The position numbers and the translations under genes were made by a program. This document shows, piece after piece, positions 1-10,368 of a stretch of 64,000 nucleotides of DNA. The stretch spans positions 192,001 through 256,000 of the forward strand of contig CAXXUO010000009.1 of NCBI GenBank assembly GCA_963666485.2, in the 5' to 3' direction. Under the pieces are notes generated by a model. That model was not told the origin of the DNA, searched no databases, and saw only the letters and a program-made list of their open reading frames with translations. The stretch's first letter is position 1, and each line of letters opens with the position of its first letter. The stretch comes from Syntrophorhabdaceae bacterium (GTDB taxonomy: Bacteria > Desulfobacterota > Syntrophorhabdia > Syntrophorhabdales > Syntrophorhabdaceae).

Positions 1-1
1 G

Positions 2-1984
2 ATGAGGAGCGAACTGGGCAAGATCGCATCCATGCTCCAGGATGAGGCCGAGGTGAAAACTCCCCTTCAAAAGAGGCTCGCGGCATTCGGTAAGAACCTG
101 GCGATCATTATTCTCGTCATTTGCGCGGTCGTATTTGTCGTAGGGCTCCTGCGCGGCGCGCAGCCCCTTCTCATGCTTTTGACGGCGATCTCCCTTGCCG
201 TTGCCGCCATACCTGAAGCACTGCCGGCGGTCATCACCATATCGCTCGCTCTCGGCGCAAAAAAAATGGTGAGAAAAAACGCGCTCATCAGGAAGTTGCC
301 CGCCGTCGAAACACTGGGATCCGTCACATATATATGCTCGGATAAGACAGGTACGCTCACATACAACAGGATGACCGTTGAAGAAGTATACGCGGATGGG
401 CGCATTGTCGCACGCGACAATGCCGGGGTCGGAACGCTTACCGAATTGATGACGGCGCTCGCCCTCAACAACGATTCACGTGAAGGCAACGAAAGCATCA
501 TAGGTGACCCGACGGAAGTAGCCCTGTATGTCGTTGCCAGGGACAACGGGTTCAGGAGAGAGGCAATCGAGGAGAGATATCCGCGTATCGGCGAATTACC
601 GTTCGATTCCGGCCGGAAATCGATGACAACCATTCACCGGCATCCGAACGGGCATGTTGTCTCTTACACCAAGGGGGCTCCCGACATACTCATGCAAAAG
701 GCCGATACGGTGCTGGTCAACGGAGAAGTCAAACCTGTATCCCGGGACGAGATATTGTCTGTGAACGATAATATGGGGAAGCGGGGTCTGCGCGTTTTGT
801 GTATGACTGCGCGAAAATGGGATGAGTCACCTGAAGGCTTGCCCGTCGATGAAGTGGAAGCGAAGCTTACATTTCTCGGCCTCGTGGGCATGATGGACCC
901 GCCACGCGAGGAAGCGAAACAGGCGGTCGCGTTGTGCAGGACCGCCGGCATCAAACCGGTCATGATAACGGGGGACCACCCGATCACGGCCGCCGCCATT
1001 GCGAAGAGGATCGGTATCCTTGAAGAAGACGGTCATGTTTTAAGCGGGCAGGAACTGGAAAAAATACCCGACGATGTCTTCGCTGAAAAGGTGGAGCATA
1101 TCGCGGCATATGCCAGGGTCGCCCCCGAGCAAAAATTGAAAATTGTAAAGGCCCTGCAAGCCAGGCACCAATTTGTCGCAATGACGGGAGACGGTGTCAA
1201 TGATGCGCCAGCCCTTAAACGCGCGGACATTGGAGTGGCAATGGGGATCACCGGGACAGACGTTTCCAAGGAAGCTGCCGCGATGATCCTTCTCGACGAT
1301 AATTTCTCGACAATCGTGCAGGCGGTCAAAGAAGGCAGAAAGATCTACGACAATATTCGGAAGTTCATACGCTATCTGCTTGCGACAAACTCCGGGGAGA
1401 TCATGACCATTTTTTTCGCCCAGCTGTTCGGCCTGCCAATCCCGCTTCTTCCCATACACATCCTGTGGATCAACCTGGTAACGGACAGCCTGCCGGCCCT
1501 CGCGCTGTCCGTCGAGCCTGCAGAGGATGACGTAATGAGGCGTCCGCCGAGGGATCCCCGTGAGAGTATGTTCGCCCACGGCCTTGGCATCCACATCATC
1601 TGGGTAGGCGCGCTCATGTCGGCCCTCGCGCTGTCAATTCAATACATGACCCTCGACAGTTCCGGCGGAAAATGGCAAACCATGGTATTCACGGTATTGT
1701 GCTTTTCGCAGCTCGCTCATGTAATGGCCATTAGATCAGATCATTTGTCGCTGTTCCAGCAGGGCATTCTGTCAAACAAACCGATGCTGGGAGCGGTCAT
1801 CCTGGCTATCCTCATGCAGCTTTCGATACTATATGTACCTCCGCTTAACGCTATGTTCCATACGCAGCCTTTAAACATGAATGAGCTCTCTGCCTGTTTG
1901 GGACTTTCAGCCGTAGTCTTCCTGGCAGTCGAGATCGAGAAGCTAATTGTGCGTATTATAAGGCGCAGAAGCACACGTCATTGA
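2..1984 (+). CDS. Cation-translocating P-type ATPase (type IIA, Ca2+-ATPase-like), 5'-truncated by window edge
   Basis: AIPEALP, phosphorylation motif DKTGTLT, GDPTE, KGAP, TGD, GDGVNDAPALKRADIG, LWINLVTD. Confidence 0.95.
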   Translation: MRSELGKIASMLQDEAEVKTPLQKRLAAFGKNLAIIILVICAVVFVVGLLRGAQPLLMLLTAISLAVAAIPEALPAVITISLALGAKKMVRKNALIRKLPAVETLGSVTYICSDKTGTLTYNRMTVEEVYADGRIVARDNAGVGTLTELMTALALNNDSREGNESIIGDPTEVALYVVARDNGFRREAIEERYPRIGELPFDSGRKSMTTIHRHPNGHVVSYTKGAPDILMQKADTVLVNGEVKPVSRDEILSVNDNMGKRGLRVLCMTARKWDESPEGLPVDEVEAKLTFLGLVGMMDPPREEAKQAVALCRTAGIKPVMITGDHPITAAAIAKRIGILEEDGHVLSGQELEKIPDDVFAEKVEHIAAYARVAPEQKLKIVKALQARHQFVAMTGDGVNDAPALKRADIGVAMGITGTDVSKEAAAMILLDDNFSTIVQAVKEGRKIYDNIRKFIRYLLATNSGEIMTIFFAQLFGLPIPLLPIHILWINLVTDSLPALALSVEPAEDDVMRRPPRDPRESMFAHGLGIHIIWVGALMSALALSIQYMTLDSSGGKWQTMVFTVLCFSQLAHVMAIRSDHLSLFQQGILSNKPMLGAVILAILMQLSILYVPPLNAMFHTQPLNMNELSACLGLSAVVFLAVEIEKLIVRIIRRRSTRH

Positions 1985-2017
1985 TTTTTTAGATTGTGTT
2001 CCGCTATACTGGAAATT

Positions 2018-2998
2018 ATGCGTAATAAGGTCCAAAATGCCTACGTCGCCTATTTCGATGTCCTGGGCTTCACGTCGCGTTTTTTGTCCGGCGATCTTCA
2101 GAACAGGTATGAAAAGCTCGTCGATGCAATCGACAGGGTAAAAGACGACGATATCACGTGTTTCCTTTTCTCCGACAGCATCGTCATCACATCGCGTTCC
2201 TTCGCGAAGGTCCGGGAGACATCCCGTTCCATATATACCTGGGGAATACTCAATGATTTCTGGCTGCGGGGCGCTATTGCACACGGCGGGCTGACGGAGC
2301 TCGATTTTTCGACCTTCATCACCCGCAACAGGGTCGTGCTTCCTTTTCTCGGGGAGGGGTACCTCAAGGCATACAAGCTCGAGTCGACCCTCAACATATC
2401 GGGGATCGCTCTCGACAATATCTTCTTCGAGCCGGGAAAGGAATGCGCCGCTTTAAAAAGACAGGCCGATTACGTATCGTATGAAGAATACCTTCCCAAG
2501 AGGGGGTACGAAGACGAAAAACTTCTTCTCCTCCCTGAAGAAGGCTCATTGAAACAGATCGTCGATACCCTCTACTTCGAGGAAATGTTGAAATCCCATG
2601 TGAACGACATCGACAAATACATCAATACCTTTATCTTTTTCATCGAGACCCTTCTGAGGACCGCCGACCAGGAGACGGTTGTCCGGTTCCTCGACAACCT
2701 CTTGAGGCAGCTCGAACTGCACGGAAGCCATATACTCATCCCGAGCAAGGTCATAATCATTTTCGTAGCCGTCATCGAAGGGCTCATCAGGCGCTTCAGG
2801 TCCGGCGCATTCGGCGGCACCGGCACCAACCCGACCGAAACGCTCGAGGCGTACGTCGGCAACATACTCGGCAGCCTCAAGGCCCAGGGATACCTCCCCA
2901 CATTCGTTGATTACGTCCTTGAATACGACAAAAAAAGGCACAGCACGGTTTATAGGGATATAAACAAACTGCGGGCGGATTGGTCGGCCTTCATTTAA
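2018..2998 (+). CDS. Hypothetical protein with N-terminal class III nucleotidyl-cyclase-like fold and helical C-terminal domain
   Basis: YFDVLGFT, FSDSIVI, LRGAIAHG and GEGYLKAYKLES align by eye with the cyclase core motifs; ATG 2018 preferred to TTG 1994. Confidence 0.6.
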   Translation: MRNKVQNAYVAYFDVLGFTSRFLSGDLQNRYEKLVDAIDRVKDDDITCFLFSDSIVITSRSFAKVRETSRSIYTWGILNDFWLRGAIAHGGLTELDFSTFITRNRVVLPFLGEGYLKAYKLESTLNISGIALDNIFFEPGKECAALKRQADYVSYEEYLPKRGYEDEKLLLLPEEGSLKQIVDTLYFEEMLKSHVNDIDKYINTFIFFIETLLRTADQETVVRFLDNLLRQLELHGSHILIPSKVIIIFVAVIEGLIRRFRSGAFGGTGTNPTETLEAYVGNILGSLKAQGYLPTFVDYVLEYDKKRHSTVYRDINKLRADWSAFI

Positions 2999-3003
2999 AA
3001 ACC

Positions 3004-3094
3004 GGTTCAAGGTTCAAAGAAAAAGACCCCCCCTCTTAACCATTTTCAGGATGAAAGGTTTTTACTTTGAACCTTGAACTTTGAACCTTGAACC
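3004..3094. repeat. Inverted heptamer arrays (GGTTCAA)2 ... (TTGAACY)4 between convergent genes
   Basis: 3004-3017 and 3067-3094 read directly. Confidence 0.9.
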
Positions 3095-3098
3095 ATTT

Positions 3099-3428
3099 TT
3101 ATTGGCATATGAAGGACTGGTTCGGCCCCAGGAAGCACTTCTTACCTTTCGGAAAAAGCTTGGCGAGGTTGTAATCTACGGTCCCGTTCGTGTAATGGCA
3201 TATCAACGAATCGTTCCTTATGACATTTTCAATAATGGCAAGGGTGAAGGTGCTCGTGGCGGGGATCGCTTCCCATCCGCTTACCTGGCCTCGCGCTTTC
3301 ATCGTGACCTCTACCTCTATGGACCGCGGGCATACAAGCGACTGCTCCTTCGCTTTTTCAGCGGCAAATGATGCAACTGACGAAAGGCAGATAAAACAGA
3401 CGGTTAAAACTATGCATACGCATCTCAT
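3099..3428 (-). CDS. Small secreted/periplasmic hypothetical protein with several Cys
   Basis: GGAGG RBS before ATG 3428; signal-peptide-like N-terminus ending SFA-A. Confidence 0.7.
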   Translation of the reverse strand: MRCVCIVLTVCFICLSSVASFAAEKAKEQSLVCPRSIEVEVTMKARGQVSGWEAIPATSTFTLAIIENVIRNDSLICHYTNGTVDYNLAKLFPKGKKCFLGPNQSFICQ

Positions 3429-3560
3429 GACACTACCTCCCTTATTTCTTCCGTGCACGATACACTGGATCGGAAGACATACATTTGAGAAAAATCTACT
3501 GCGCCGGTCTTAAAGCTATGTTACGATTAGATCGATGACGGTGTCAAAGGAATATTTGCC

Positions 3561-4040
3561 GTGAACGGGCCCTCCGGATACACAATGGACGACATGGACG
3601 GGAAATTGCTCTATATGCTGCAGGACGACTTCCCGCTTGCTGAAATGCCCTTCGTCGAGATCGGCAAGGAACTGGGCATTACGGGGTCCGAGGTCATGAT
3701 GAGGCTCGAGCGGCTCAAGAATGCAGGTTATATCCGGAGGATAGGCCCGGTCCTCGACGCGAAGAAACTGGGCTATTCAAGCCTTCTGTGTGCGGCCGCC
3801 GCGGGGCCTGACATGATCGAGGAACTTGCGCACACCATCAATTCCGAGCCTTCGGTCACCCACAATTATGAACGCGAGGCGGAGCTTAACCTGTGGTTCA
3901 CCGTGACGATGAGTACGCAGGACGATATCGATAAATTCCTGAAAGAGATCGAGGACAGGTTTTCGATCAGGATATACCGGTTCCCGGAGAAAAGGACATT
4001 CAAGATAAAAACGCGGTTTGCAACCGGCGTCGAGGACTGA
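3561..4040 (+). CDS. ahbA: Siroheme decarboxylase alpha subunit-like (AhbA/NirD-L, Lrp/AsnC fold)
   Basis: LQDDFPL..PF..IG, GYIRRIG..D.KKLGY, VTHNYERE..NLWFT are typical of the AhbA/NirDLGH family. Confidence 0.75.
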   Translation: MNGPSGYTMDDMDGKLLYMLQDDFPLAEMPFVEIGKELGITGSEVMMRLERLKNAGYIRRIGPVLDAKKLGYSSLLCAAAAGPDMIEELAHTINSEPSVTHNYEREAELNLWFTVTMSTQDDIDKFLKEIEDRFSIRIYRFPEKRTFKIKTRFATGVED

Positions 4041-4059
4041 TGAAAAACGGGAAAGAACG

Positions 4060-6603
4060 ATGACCGACAGGGATGCCATCACATATAAACGGGTATATCT
4101 CGTCGACGGGAACTCGTACCTGTACCGCGCATTCTACGCGACGCCGCACCTGTCGAATTCGCGCGGCTTCCCGACAAACGCGATCTACGCTTTTGTCAGC
4201 ATGATAAAGAAACTGCGCACCGCCGAGAACCCGGACATCCTGATAATTATCTTTGATTCCAAGGGCCCGTCATTCCGCGAAGAGATCTCGGAGCAATACA
4301 AGGCGCAGCGCCCCCCGATGCCGGACAACCTCTCCCTCCAGGTCCCGGTCGTCAAGAGGATAATCGATGCCCTTGGCCTGCCGGTCCTCGAAAAGGAGGG
4401 TTTCGAGGCGGACGATATCATAGCGACCCTGACAGAACATTTGAAGTCACACGATGATGTCGTGACATTTATCGTAACGAGCGACAAGGATATGATGCAG
4501 CTTGTCGGCGAAAGGGTCCGGATCCTCGACTCCATGAAGAATATGGTGATCGGCGAGACCGAGGTCAGGGAAAAATTCGGCATCCCTCCCGGGAACATGG
4601 TCGATTACCTTGCGCTGTGCGGCGATACGTCGGACAACATTCCCGGCGTCCCGGGAATTGGCGAGAAGACTGCCCGGGAGCTTGTCTCCACGATAGGATC
4701 GATCGATGACATTTACGCTCACATTGACGAGATAAGCAAAAAGGCTGTCAGGGAGAGATTGCTGGCCGGCAGGGAAAAAGCCGCGATGAGCAGAAAACTG
4801 GCCACGCTGAGATACGATGTCCCTGTCGAAACGAACGTCGAGGCGCTCTGCGGACGGGCGGAAGACCTTGAAGCACTCCGGAAGATCTACAGGGAGCTCG
4901 AATTTACCGCGCTGTACCGGGAGATCAAGGCCGAAGGCCGGCAGGCGAAGGTGCTGAAAGAAAAGACACTGACAGAACTCGCAGCCGGCCGGATATATAT
5001 CGCCGCGGCATTCCGGGGAAAGAACGCGGGCGACCTCCACATGGAGGCCTTTGCCGCATCCGATGGTGAGGGGGTCCTTTTCTCGATGACGCAGGATGAC
5101 CTCTTTGCGGTCCTGTCCCGTGCCGAAGAGGTCGTGGCGCACAACTTCAAACCGTTCTTCATAACAGCAGGCGATCACCTGCGTGAAAAGAACATCTTTG
5201 ATACGATGCTCGCGGCATACCTCGTAAACCCCTTGAGGAAAGACCTCAGCCTCGGGCCCATCCTCGAGGAATATTGCGATATAACGCCGGCCGAACTGGA
5301 TACGGCCGCGTCCCTTCGCGACATGGCGGCATGCCTGCCCGATCTCGCCGGGACGCTCCGCACCGAGATCGAAGAGCTCAAGCTTGCCGACCTTTTCTTC
5401 GGGACGGAGATGCCGCTTGTTGAGGTCCTTGCGGACATGGAGCTGGCCGGCGTACGGATCGACCGGCGAAAGCTCGGTGAATTGTCACGCGATTTCGACC
5501 AACGCCTGACCGGGATCATCAAGGAGATCTACGTCCACTCGGAAGGACCTTTCAACATCAACTCCCCGCAGCAGTTATGCCGCGTCCTTTTTGACACCCT
5601 CGGCCTGACACCGGTCAAGAAGACGAAGACCGGCTATTCCACGGATACCGCCGTCCTGGAGGTACTTTCCGAGAGCCACCCCCTTCCGGCAATGATACTT
5701 GAATACCGGTCGCTCACGAAGCTCAAGAACACGTATATAGACGTGCTTCCCACACTTATCAACCCGCGAACGGGACGGATACATACAACCTTCAATCAGA
5801 TGGTAGCAGCCACCGGGCGCCTGTCGAGCAGCGACCCCAACCTTCAGAACATCCCGATACGGGGGGAGGAGGGACCGAAGATACGCGAATCATTCGTGCC
5901 CGCAGACGGTTTCCTTCTTCTGTCTTCCGATTATTCGCAGATAGAACTTCGGGTGCTTGCGCACCTGTCACGTGACGAAGAGCTTATCGGGACCTTTCAT
6001 CGGAACGAGGATATCCATGCCCGTGTTGCCGCGAACGTCTTCGGGGTCACCGACGATCTTGTCACTGCCGACATGCGCCGTGCCGCCAAGGTTGTAAACT
6101 TCGGCATAATATACGGCATGAGCGCGTTTGGCCTCGCAAAACAGCTCGGCGTCAACCAGAGAGAGGCACAGCACTACATCGACAACTACTTCGAGCGTCA
6201 CAAGGCCGTACGATCGTTCATGGACGGCATCAAGGAAAGTGCGCGGGAGACGGGGTACGTGAGGACATTGCTCGGCAGGATACGGTTCATCCCCGAGCTT
6301 GGCAACAGCGACCCGACAGTACGGCAGCTCGGTGAAAGGGTCGCGATGAACACCCCCATCCAGGGCACGGCGGCGGACATAATCAAGGTCGCCATGATCA
6401 ACATACACCGCGAAATAAGAAAGCGGGGACTTTCATCCCGTCTCATACTTCAGATACACGATGAATTGCTGTGCGAAGTGGCCGAAAACGAAGCGGAAGA
6501 CATGACCGAACTTGTCCGGCATGAAATGGAAACCGTCATCAACCTCGACGTTCCCCTCATTGTTTCCATCGGAACGGGGCGTAACTGGGCCGAGGCGCAT
6601 TGA
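4060..6603 (+). CDS. polA: DNA polymerase I
   Basis: 5'-3' exonuclease (LVDGNSYLYRAFYA, EADDII, GDTSDNIPGVPGIG) and polymerase motifs (TGRLSSSDPNLQNIP, DYSQIELR, KVVNFGIIYG, QIHDEL); 3'-5' exonuclease domain looks degenerate. Confidence 0.97.
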   Translation: MTDRDAITYKRVYLVDGNSYLYRAFYATPHLSNSRGFPTNAIYAFVSMIKKLRTAENPDILIIIFDSKGPSFREEISEQYKAQRPPMPDNLSLQVPVVKRIIDALGLPVLEKEGFEADDIIATLTEHLKSHDDVVTFIVTSDKDMMQLVGERVRILDSMKNMVIGETEVREKFGIPPGNMVDYLALCGDTSDNIPGVPGIGEKTARELVSTIGSIDDIYAHIDEISKKAVRERLLAGREKAAMSRKLATLRYDVPVETNVEALCGRAEDLEALRKIYRELEFTALYREIKAEGRQAKVLKEKTLTELAAGRIYIAAAFRGKNAGDLHMEAFAASDGEGVLFSMTQDDLFAVLSRAEEVVAHNFKPFFITAGDHLREKNIFDTMLAAYLVNPLRKDLSLGPILEEYCDITPAELDTAASLRDMAACLPDLAGTLRTEIEELKLADLFFGTEMPLVEVLADMELAGVRIDRRKLGELSRDFDQRLTGIIKEIYVHSEGPFNINSPQQLCRVLFDTLGLTPVKKTKTGYSTDTAVLEVLSESHPLPAMILEYRSLTKLKNTYIDVLPTLINPRTGRIHTTFNQMVAATGRLSSSDPNLQNIPIRGEEGPKIRESFVPADGFLLLSSDYSQIELRVLAHLSRDEELIGTFHRNEDIHARVAANVFGVTDDLVTADMRRAAKVVNFGIIYGMSAFGLAKQLGVNQREAQHYIDNYFERHKAVRSFMDGIKESARETGYVRTLLGRIRFIPELGNSDPTVRQLGERVAMNTPIQGTAADIIKVAMINIHREIRKRGLSSRLILQIHDELLCEVAENEAEDMTELVRHEMETVINLDVPLIVSIGTGRNWAEAH

Positions 6604-7459
6604 CCCCGGAAGCCTTCGATGACACCGCGAGATACTCTGCACAGACGATAAAGACAAACACCGAAAAGTACAGCCAGAAGAGAAACGCCAGGAACACCCC
6701 GTACGTCCCGAAAAATGCCGTGAACCTCCCAATGTAAAGGACGAAGTACTGAAAAAAGTATTTCCCGGCGTGCCAGAGGATGGCCCCAAGAGATGCCGCG
6801 AAGAAAAGCTTCCTCTTGTCCCTGACCGGCGTGAGGAAGTAATACAGGAACCAGAACATCCCGGCCACCAGCACAAGGTCCACGAACGAAAACGATGCCC
6901 TCGTTATAAAACCGCCGAGGGTCTTTGCCATTTTTACCTGGATGAAGAGCGAAAAGGCGAAACTGAAAAAGATGAGCGTCTGGATGAAGGAAAAACTCAA
7001 TGTCAGTAAAAACTCTTCCTGCTTCCCTTTCAAAAACCCTTTTTTCGTCGTGCCGAAGATAAGCTGGAACGCCGGGCGCATGACCGCGAACAAACGTGAT
7101 GTGAACAAGAGGAGAAATATAAGGCCCAGCGGCCCCGACAGCCTCTTCGAAAGAGATATAAGGTTCAGTTCCCTCAGAAGCTTTTTCACGATCACGGCAT
7201 TGTACGGCTCCGGAATAATGTTCGCTATATATTTCTCCAGGTGCACCGCAGGGTGGCTGACATCGATCACGTAGCTGATGATAAAAAGGGAAAAAAGTGT
7301 AAAAGGGATAAAGGTGAGCAGAATATAAAAAGAGATAGACGAAACCATGATATTCGCATGGTCAGCCTGGTATTTCTTGAAAACGAGCCTCACGGTCCCG
7401 GGCAACCCCCGGATCTCGTTCGCACCCTTTTCTCTAATTCTTTTAATGCCCCTTTTCAT
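6557..7459 (-). CDS. YihY/BrkB-family inner membrane protein
   Basis: ISFYILLTFIPF near N-terminus, FGTYGVFLAFLFWLY..GA/CAE-like C-terminal motif, about 6 hydrophobic helices; overlaps the polA 3' end. Confidence 0.85.
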   Translation of the reverse strand: MKRGIKRIREKGANEIRGLPGTVRLVFKKYQADHANIMVSSISFYILLTFIPFTLFSLFIISYVIDVSHPAVHLEKYIANIIPEPYNAVIVKKLLRELNLISLSKRLSGPLGLIFLLLFTSRLFAVMRPAFQLIFGTTKKGFLKGKQEEFLLTLSFSFIQTLIFFSFAFSLFIQVKMAKTLGGFITRASFSFVDLVLVAGMFWFLYYFLTPVRDKRKLFFAASLGAILWHAGKYFFQYFVLYIGRFTAFFGTYGVFLAFLFWLYFSVFVFIVCAEYLAVSSKASGVNAPRPSYAPFRWKQ

Positions 7460-7505
7460 ACCCGCCCATCATAACCGACTGACTCATCAGTACACAAGTC
7501 TCTAA

Positions 7506-7526
7506 CGTCTTGCGTCTTGCGTCTTC
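7506..7526. repeat. Unpaired heptamer array (CGTCTTG)2 CGTCTTC
   Basis: Read directly, just downstream of the permease stop codon. Confidence 0.7.
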
Positions 7527-7533
7527 CGGTTTC

Positions 7534-8508
7534 CTACCCTATCCTTATCCTCGGGTCGGCCACCGCATACGAAACGTCCGCTATCAGGTTGCCGATCAGG
7601 GTGAGGAGCGCGCCTATGACGAGGATGCCCATGATGGTAGGGTAATCCCTTGCCATGACGCTGAAATAGAAAAGCTGTCCCATGCCGGGTATCGAAAAGA
7701 TGCTTTCAAATATGACGCTCCCGCCGATAAGTCCCGGCACGGAGAGGCCAAGGATCGTTATGACGGGCAGAAGGGCATTTCTCATTGCATGCCTGCGGAT
7801 GACTATCCTTTCAGGAAGGCCTTTTGCATAAGCGGTCGTTATGTATTCCTGCCGCAAGACCTCGAGGAGGCTGCTTTTCATATAGCGCGATATGCCCGCA
7901 AGGCTCCCGACGGCGGAGATCGCAACGGGAAGGACAAGGTGCCTCGCTATGTCCCCGATCTTTTCCAGGATATTCATGTCCTGGAAATCGTAGGATTTTA
8001 TGCCCGACACGGGAAGTATTTCGAGATAGACCCCGAAAAAGATCATCGCGAGCAGGGCCACCCAGAAGGTCGGGGCGGCATACCCGGCAAAGACGAAGGA
8101 CGTCAGCAGCTTGTCCATGATGGAATCTTTGTACCGGGCACAATAAACACCTATAGGGATGCCGAAAATAAAGATAAGCCCCATCGACAGCAGGTTGATG
8201 AGTATCGTTATCGGGAGCCTCTCCTTGATCTTGTCGATGACAGGCCTGCGGTCGGTGGCGAACGATGTCCCGAAATCGAACCTGACTATCCTTTTGAGCC
8301 AGGTCCAGTACTGGACATGAAGCGGCTTGTCGAGGCCGTAAAATGCCCGTATCCTCTCACGGGCCTCCTTGGTTATCTTGGGGTTCATCTCGGCTTCCAA
8401 CATGCCGGGCTCACCCGGCACGAGGTGGATAACCGCAAAGGAAACAAGCGTGATCCCGAATATCATCGGGATCATGAAAAATAAACGTTTAGCGAGATAC
8501 TGCAGCAT
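7534..8508 (-). CDS. Peptide/nickel ABC transporter permease (OppB/DppB family)
   Basis: [46 protein letters not shown]. Confidence 0.93.
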   Translation of the reverse strand: MLQYLAKRLFFMIPMIFGITLVSFAVIHLVPGEPGMLEAEMNPKITKEARERIRAFYGLDKPLHVQYWTWLKRIVRFDFGTSFATDRRPVIDKIKERLPITILINLLSMGLIFIFGIPIGVYCARYKDSIMDKLLTSFVFAGYAAPTFWVALLAMIFFGVYLEILPVSGIKSYDFQDMNILEKIGDIARHLVLPVAISAVGSLAGISRYMKSSLLEVLRQEYITTAYAKGLPERIVIRRHAMRNALLPVITILGLSVPGLIGGSVIFESIFSIPGMGQLFYFSVMARDYPTIMGILVIGALLTLIGNLIADVSYAVADPRIRIG

Positions 8509-10135
8509 TGATCTTGTACCTCATCTGATTTTCCGGGACATACCACGTGATGAAATTGTACATGATGCCGGCCGGGCCCGGGTCTACCCCTTTGAAGCGG
8601 CGATGGAGGGCAACCGTTGCGTACGGGACGAAAAGGAATGTGTACGGCTGGTCTTCGGCGATCAGCTCCTGTATCCGGTCGATATAGACCTTCCTGCCGG
8701 CCTTGTCCATCGTATGGCGCGCCTTTACCAGTAATTCATCCACCTCTTTATTCTCGTATGATGTAAAGTTCAATTCTTTCGGCCCCTGCTTCGACGAATG
8801 CCAGATATCGAAAAGATCGGGATCGTTCGGGATCGTCCAGCCCAGAAGCACCGCATCGAAATTTCTCTTATCGATAAAATCATTGACCAGCGTTGCCCAT
8901 TCGAGGACCCGTATCTTCATTTTGACGCCGACCGCTGAAAATCGCCTCTGTATCAGTTCGGCGCTCTGGATCCTGACGGTATTCCCCTGGTTGACGAGCA
9001 CGGTAAATTCGAACGGCAGGCCGTCTTTCCGCATTGTGCCATCCGAACCTCTTTCAAACCCGGCCTCCCTGAGAAGGGCTATCGCCCTTTCCGGATCATA
9101 TTCGAATTTTTTCACGTTGCCGTTGTATGCCCACATGTCGGGTTTGAAAGGCCCCGTGGCCTCTATCCCCTGGCCAAGCAGGATGCCGTCGATTATCTCT
9201 TTCTTATTGATCGCATGCGCAAGGGCCTGGCGGACCCTTTTGTCCTTGAAGAACTTGTGCTTCAGGTTGTATCCCACGTATGTATAGGCAAAAGCAAGAT
9301 ACTTGTAGCGGTTGAATTCCCGTTTAAAAGCGGGGAAATTTGTCTGCTTCACATACTGCAGCGGAGTGAGCCCCATCATATCGATGGAATTGTTCTTGAG
9401 CTCGAGGAACATGGTCGCGGTATCGGGGATGATCTTCATCATGTAGCGCCCTATATACGGCCTGCCCAGGAAATAATCCGGATTGGCGTTGAGGATCACG
9501 CGGTCCCCGGGCACCCATTCCCCGAACACAAAAGGCCCCGTCCCAACGGGTTTTCTCTTTAACGGCGAAGTAGTTATGTCCTTCCCTTCGAGCAGGTGCC
9601 TCGGCAATATCGCCGACGACCAGCTGATAAGCGCCGGGGCAAAAGGCTTGTCATATGTCACCCTGAACGTATGATCGTCGAGCACCTCGGCCTTTTTGAC
9701 GAGTTTGAAATCACCCGAATAAGGGGTCGGCGTCTTCGGGTCGATCGTCACCGTGTACGTGAACATGACGTCCCGGGCGGTAAAAGGGGTGCCGTCATGC
9801 CAGCGTACACCCTTGCGGAGTTTGAATGTTATCGAGAGGTTATCTTTGGATATGACCCAGGATTCGGCGAGGTCGCCAATTATGTTGAGGTTCCTGTCAT
9901 ACCTGACCAGCCCGTTATACACGTAGCCCGCGATCTCATGCGACGATGAATCGCTCGCGAGCAGGGGAATGAGGTTGGATGGCTCACCAATGGACCCTGT
10001 TATGATCATATCGCCATAAGCAGGCGTGCCCGGGTCATCATACAATGCCGCATCTTTTTTCCTGCCGCATGAAAGAAGGAGAGCACAACACAGAAAAAGG
10101 AGCAGGAACAGTCTCTTTTTGGTTACAATAGCCAC
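8489..10135 (-). CDS. Peptide ABC transporter substrate-binding lipoprotein (family 5)
   Basis: Lipobox [43 protein letters not shown]. Confidence 0.93.
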   Translation of the reverse strand: MAIVTKKRLFLLLFLCCALLLSCGRKKDAALYDDPGTPAYGDMIITGSIGEPSNLIPLLASDSSSHEIAGYVYNGLVRYDRNLNIIGDLAESWVISKDNLSITFKLRKGVRWHDGTPFTARDVMFTYTVTIDPKTPTPYSGDFKLVKKAEVLDDHTFRVTYDKPFAPALISWSSAILPRHLLEGKDITTSPLKRKPVGTGPFVFGEWVPGDRVILNANPDYFLGRPYIGRYMMKIIPDTATMFLELKNNSIDMMGLTPLQYVKQTNFPAFKREFNRYKYLAFAYTYVGYNLKHKFFKDKRVRQALAHAINKKEIIDGILLGQGIEATGPFKPDMWAYNGNVKKFEYDPERAIALLREAGFERGSDGTMRKDGLPFEFTVLVNQGNTVRIQSAELIQRRFSAVGVKMKIRVLEWATLVNDFIDKRNFDAVLLGWTIPNDPDLFDIWHSSKQGPKELNFTSYENKEVDELLVKARHTMDKAGRKVYIDRIQELIAEDQPYTFLFVPYATVALHRRFKGVDPGPAGIMYNFITWYVPENQMRYKINAAVSR

Positions 10136-10368
10136 AATCGAAGCTAATTTTAGCAGATAAGGCCCGTTAAAGCAAAGAAACCGGCCTGCCGACGAAAGAT
10201 CTCCTGCAGAGCGGACGTAAGCCGATATTTCTTGAAAACTGCCGGGGAATCCGATATAACATCACGGGGACTGTCAATACGTGTAATGCCGACACGATAT
10301 GCTGCATCTCTTGATTTGATCGCCGCAAGCCCTTGCTACAAATGAACGACTGGAGTCTGTCGATAAAC

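Noticed and set aside
2018..3428. Pycsar/CBASS two-gene defence system
   Set aside because: The neighbouring small gene is convergent and secreted; no TIR, TM or nuclease effector is co-oriented with the cyclase-like gene.
7510..8484. Long antisense ORFs (also 26167-27249, 42815-44074, 47191-48186, 49456-50379, 61475-62761)
   Set aside because: They mirror well-supported genes on the opposite strand, as expected in GC-rich DNA.
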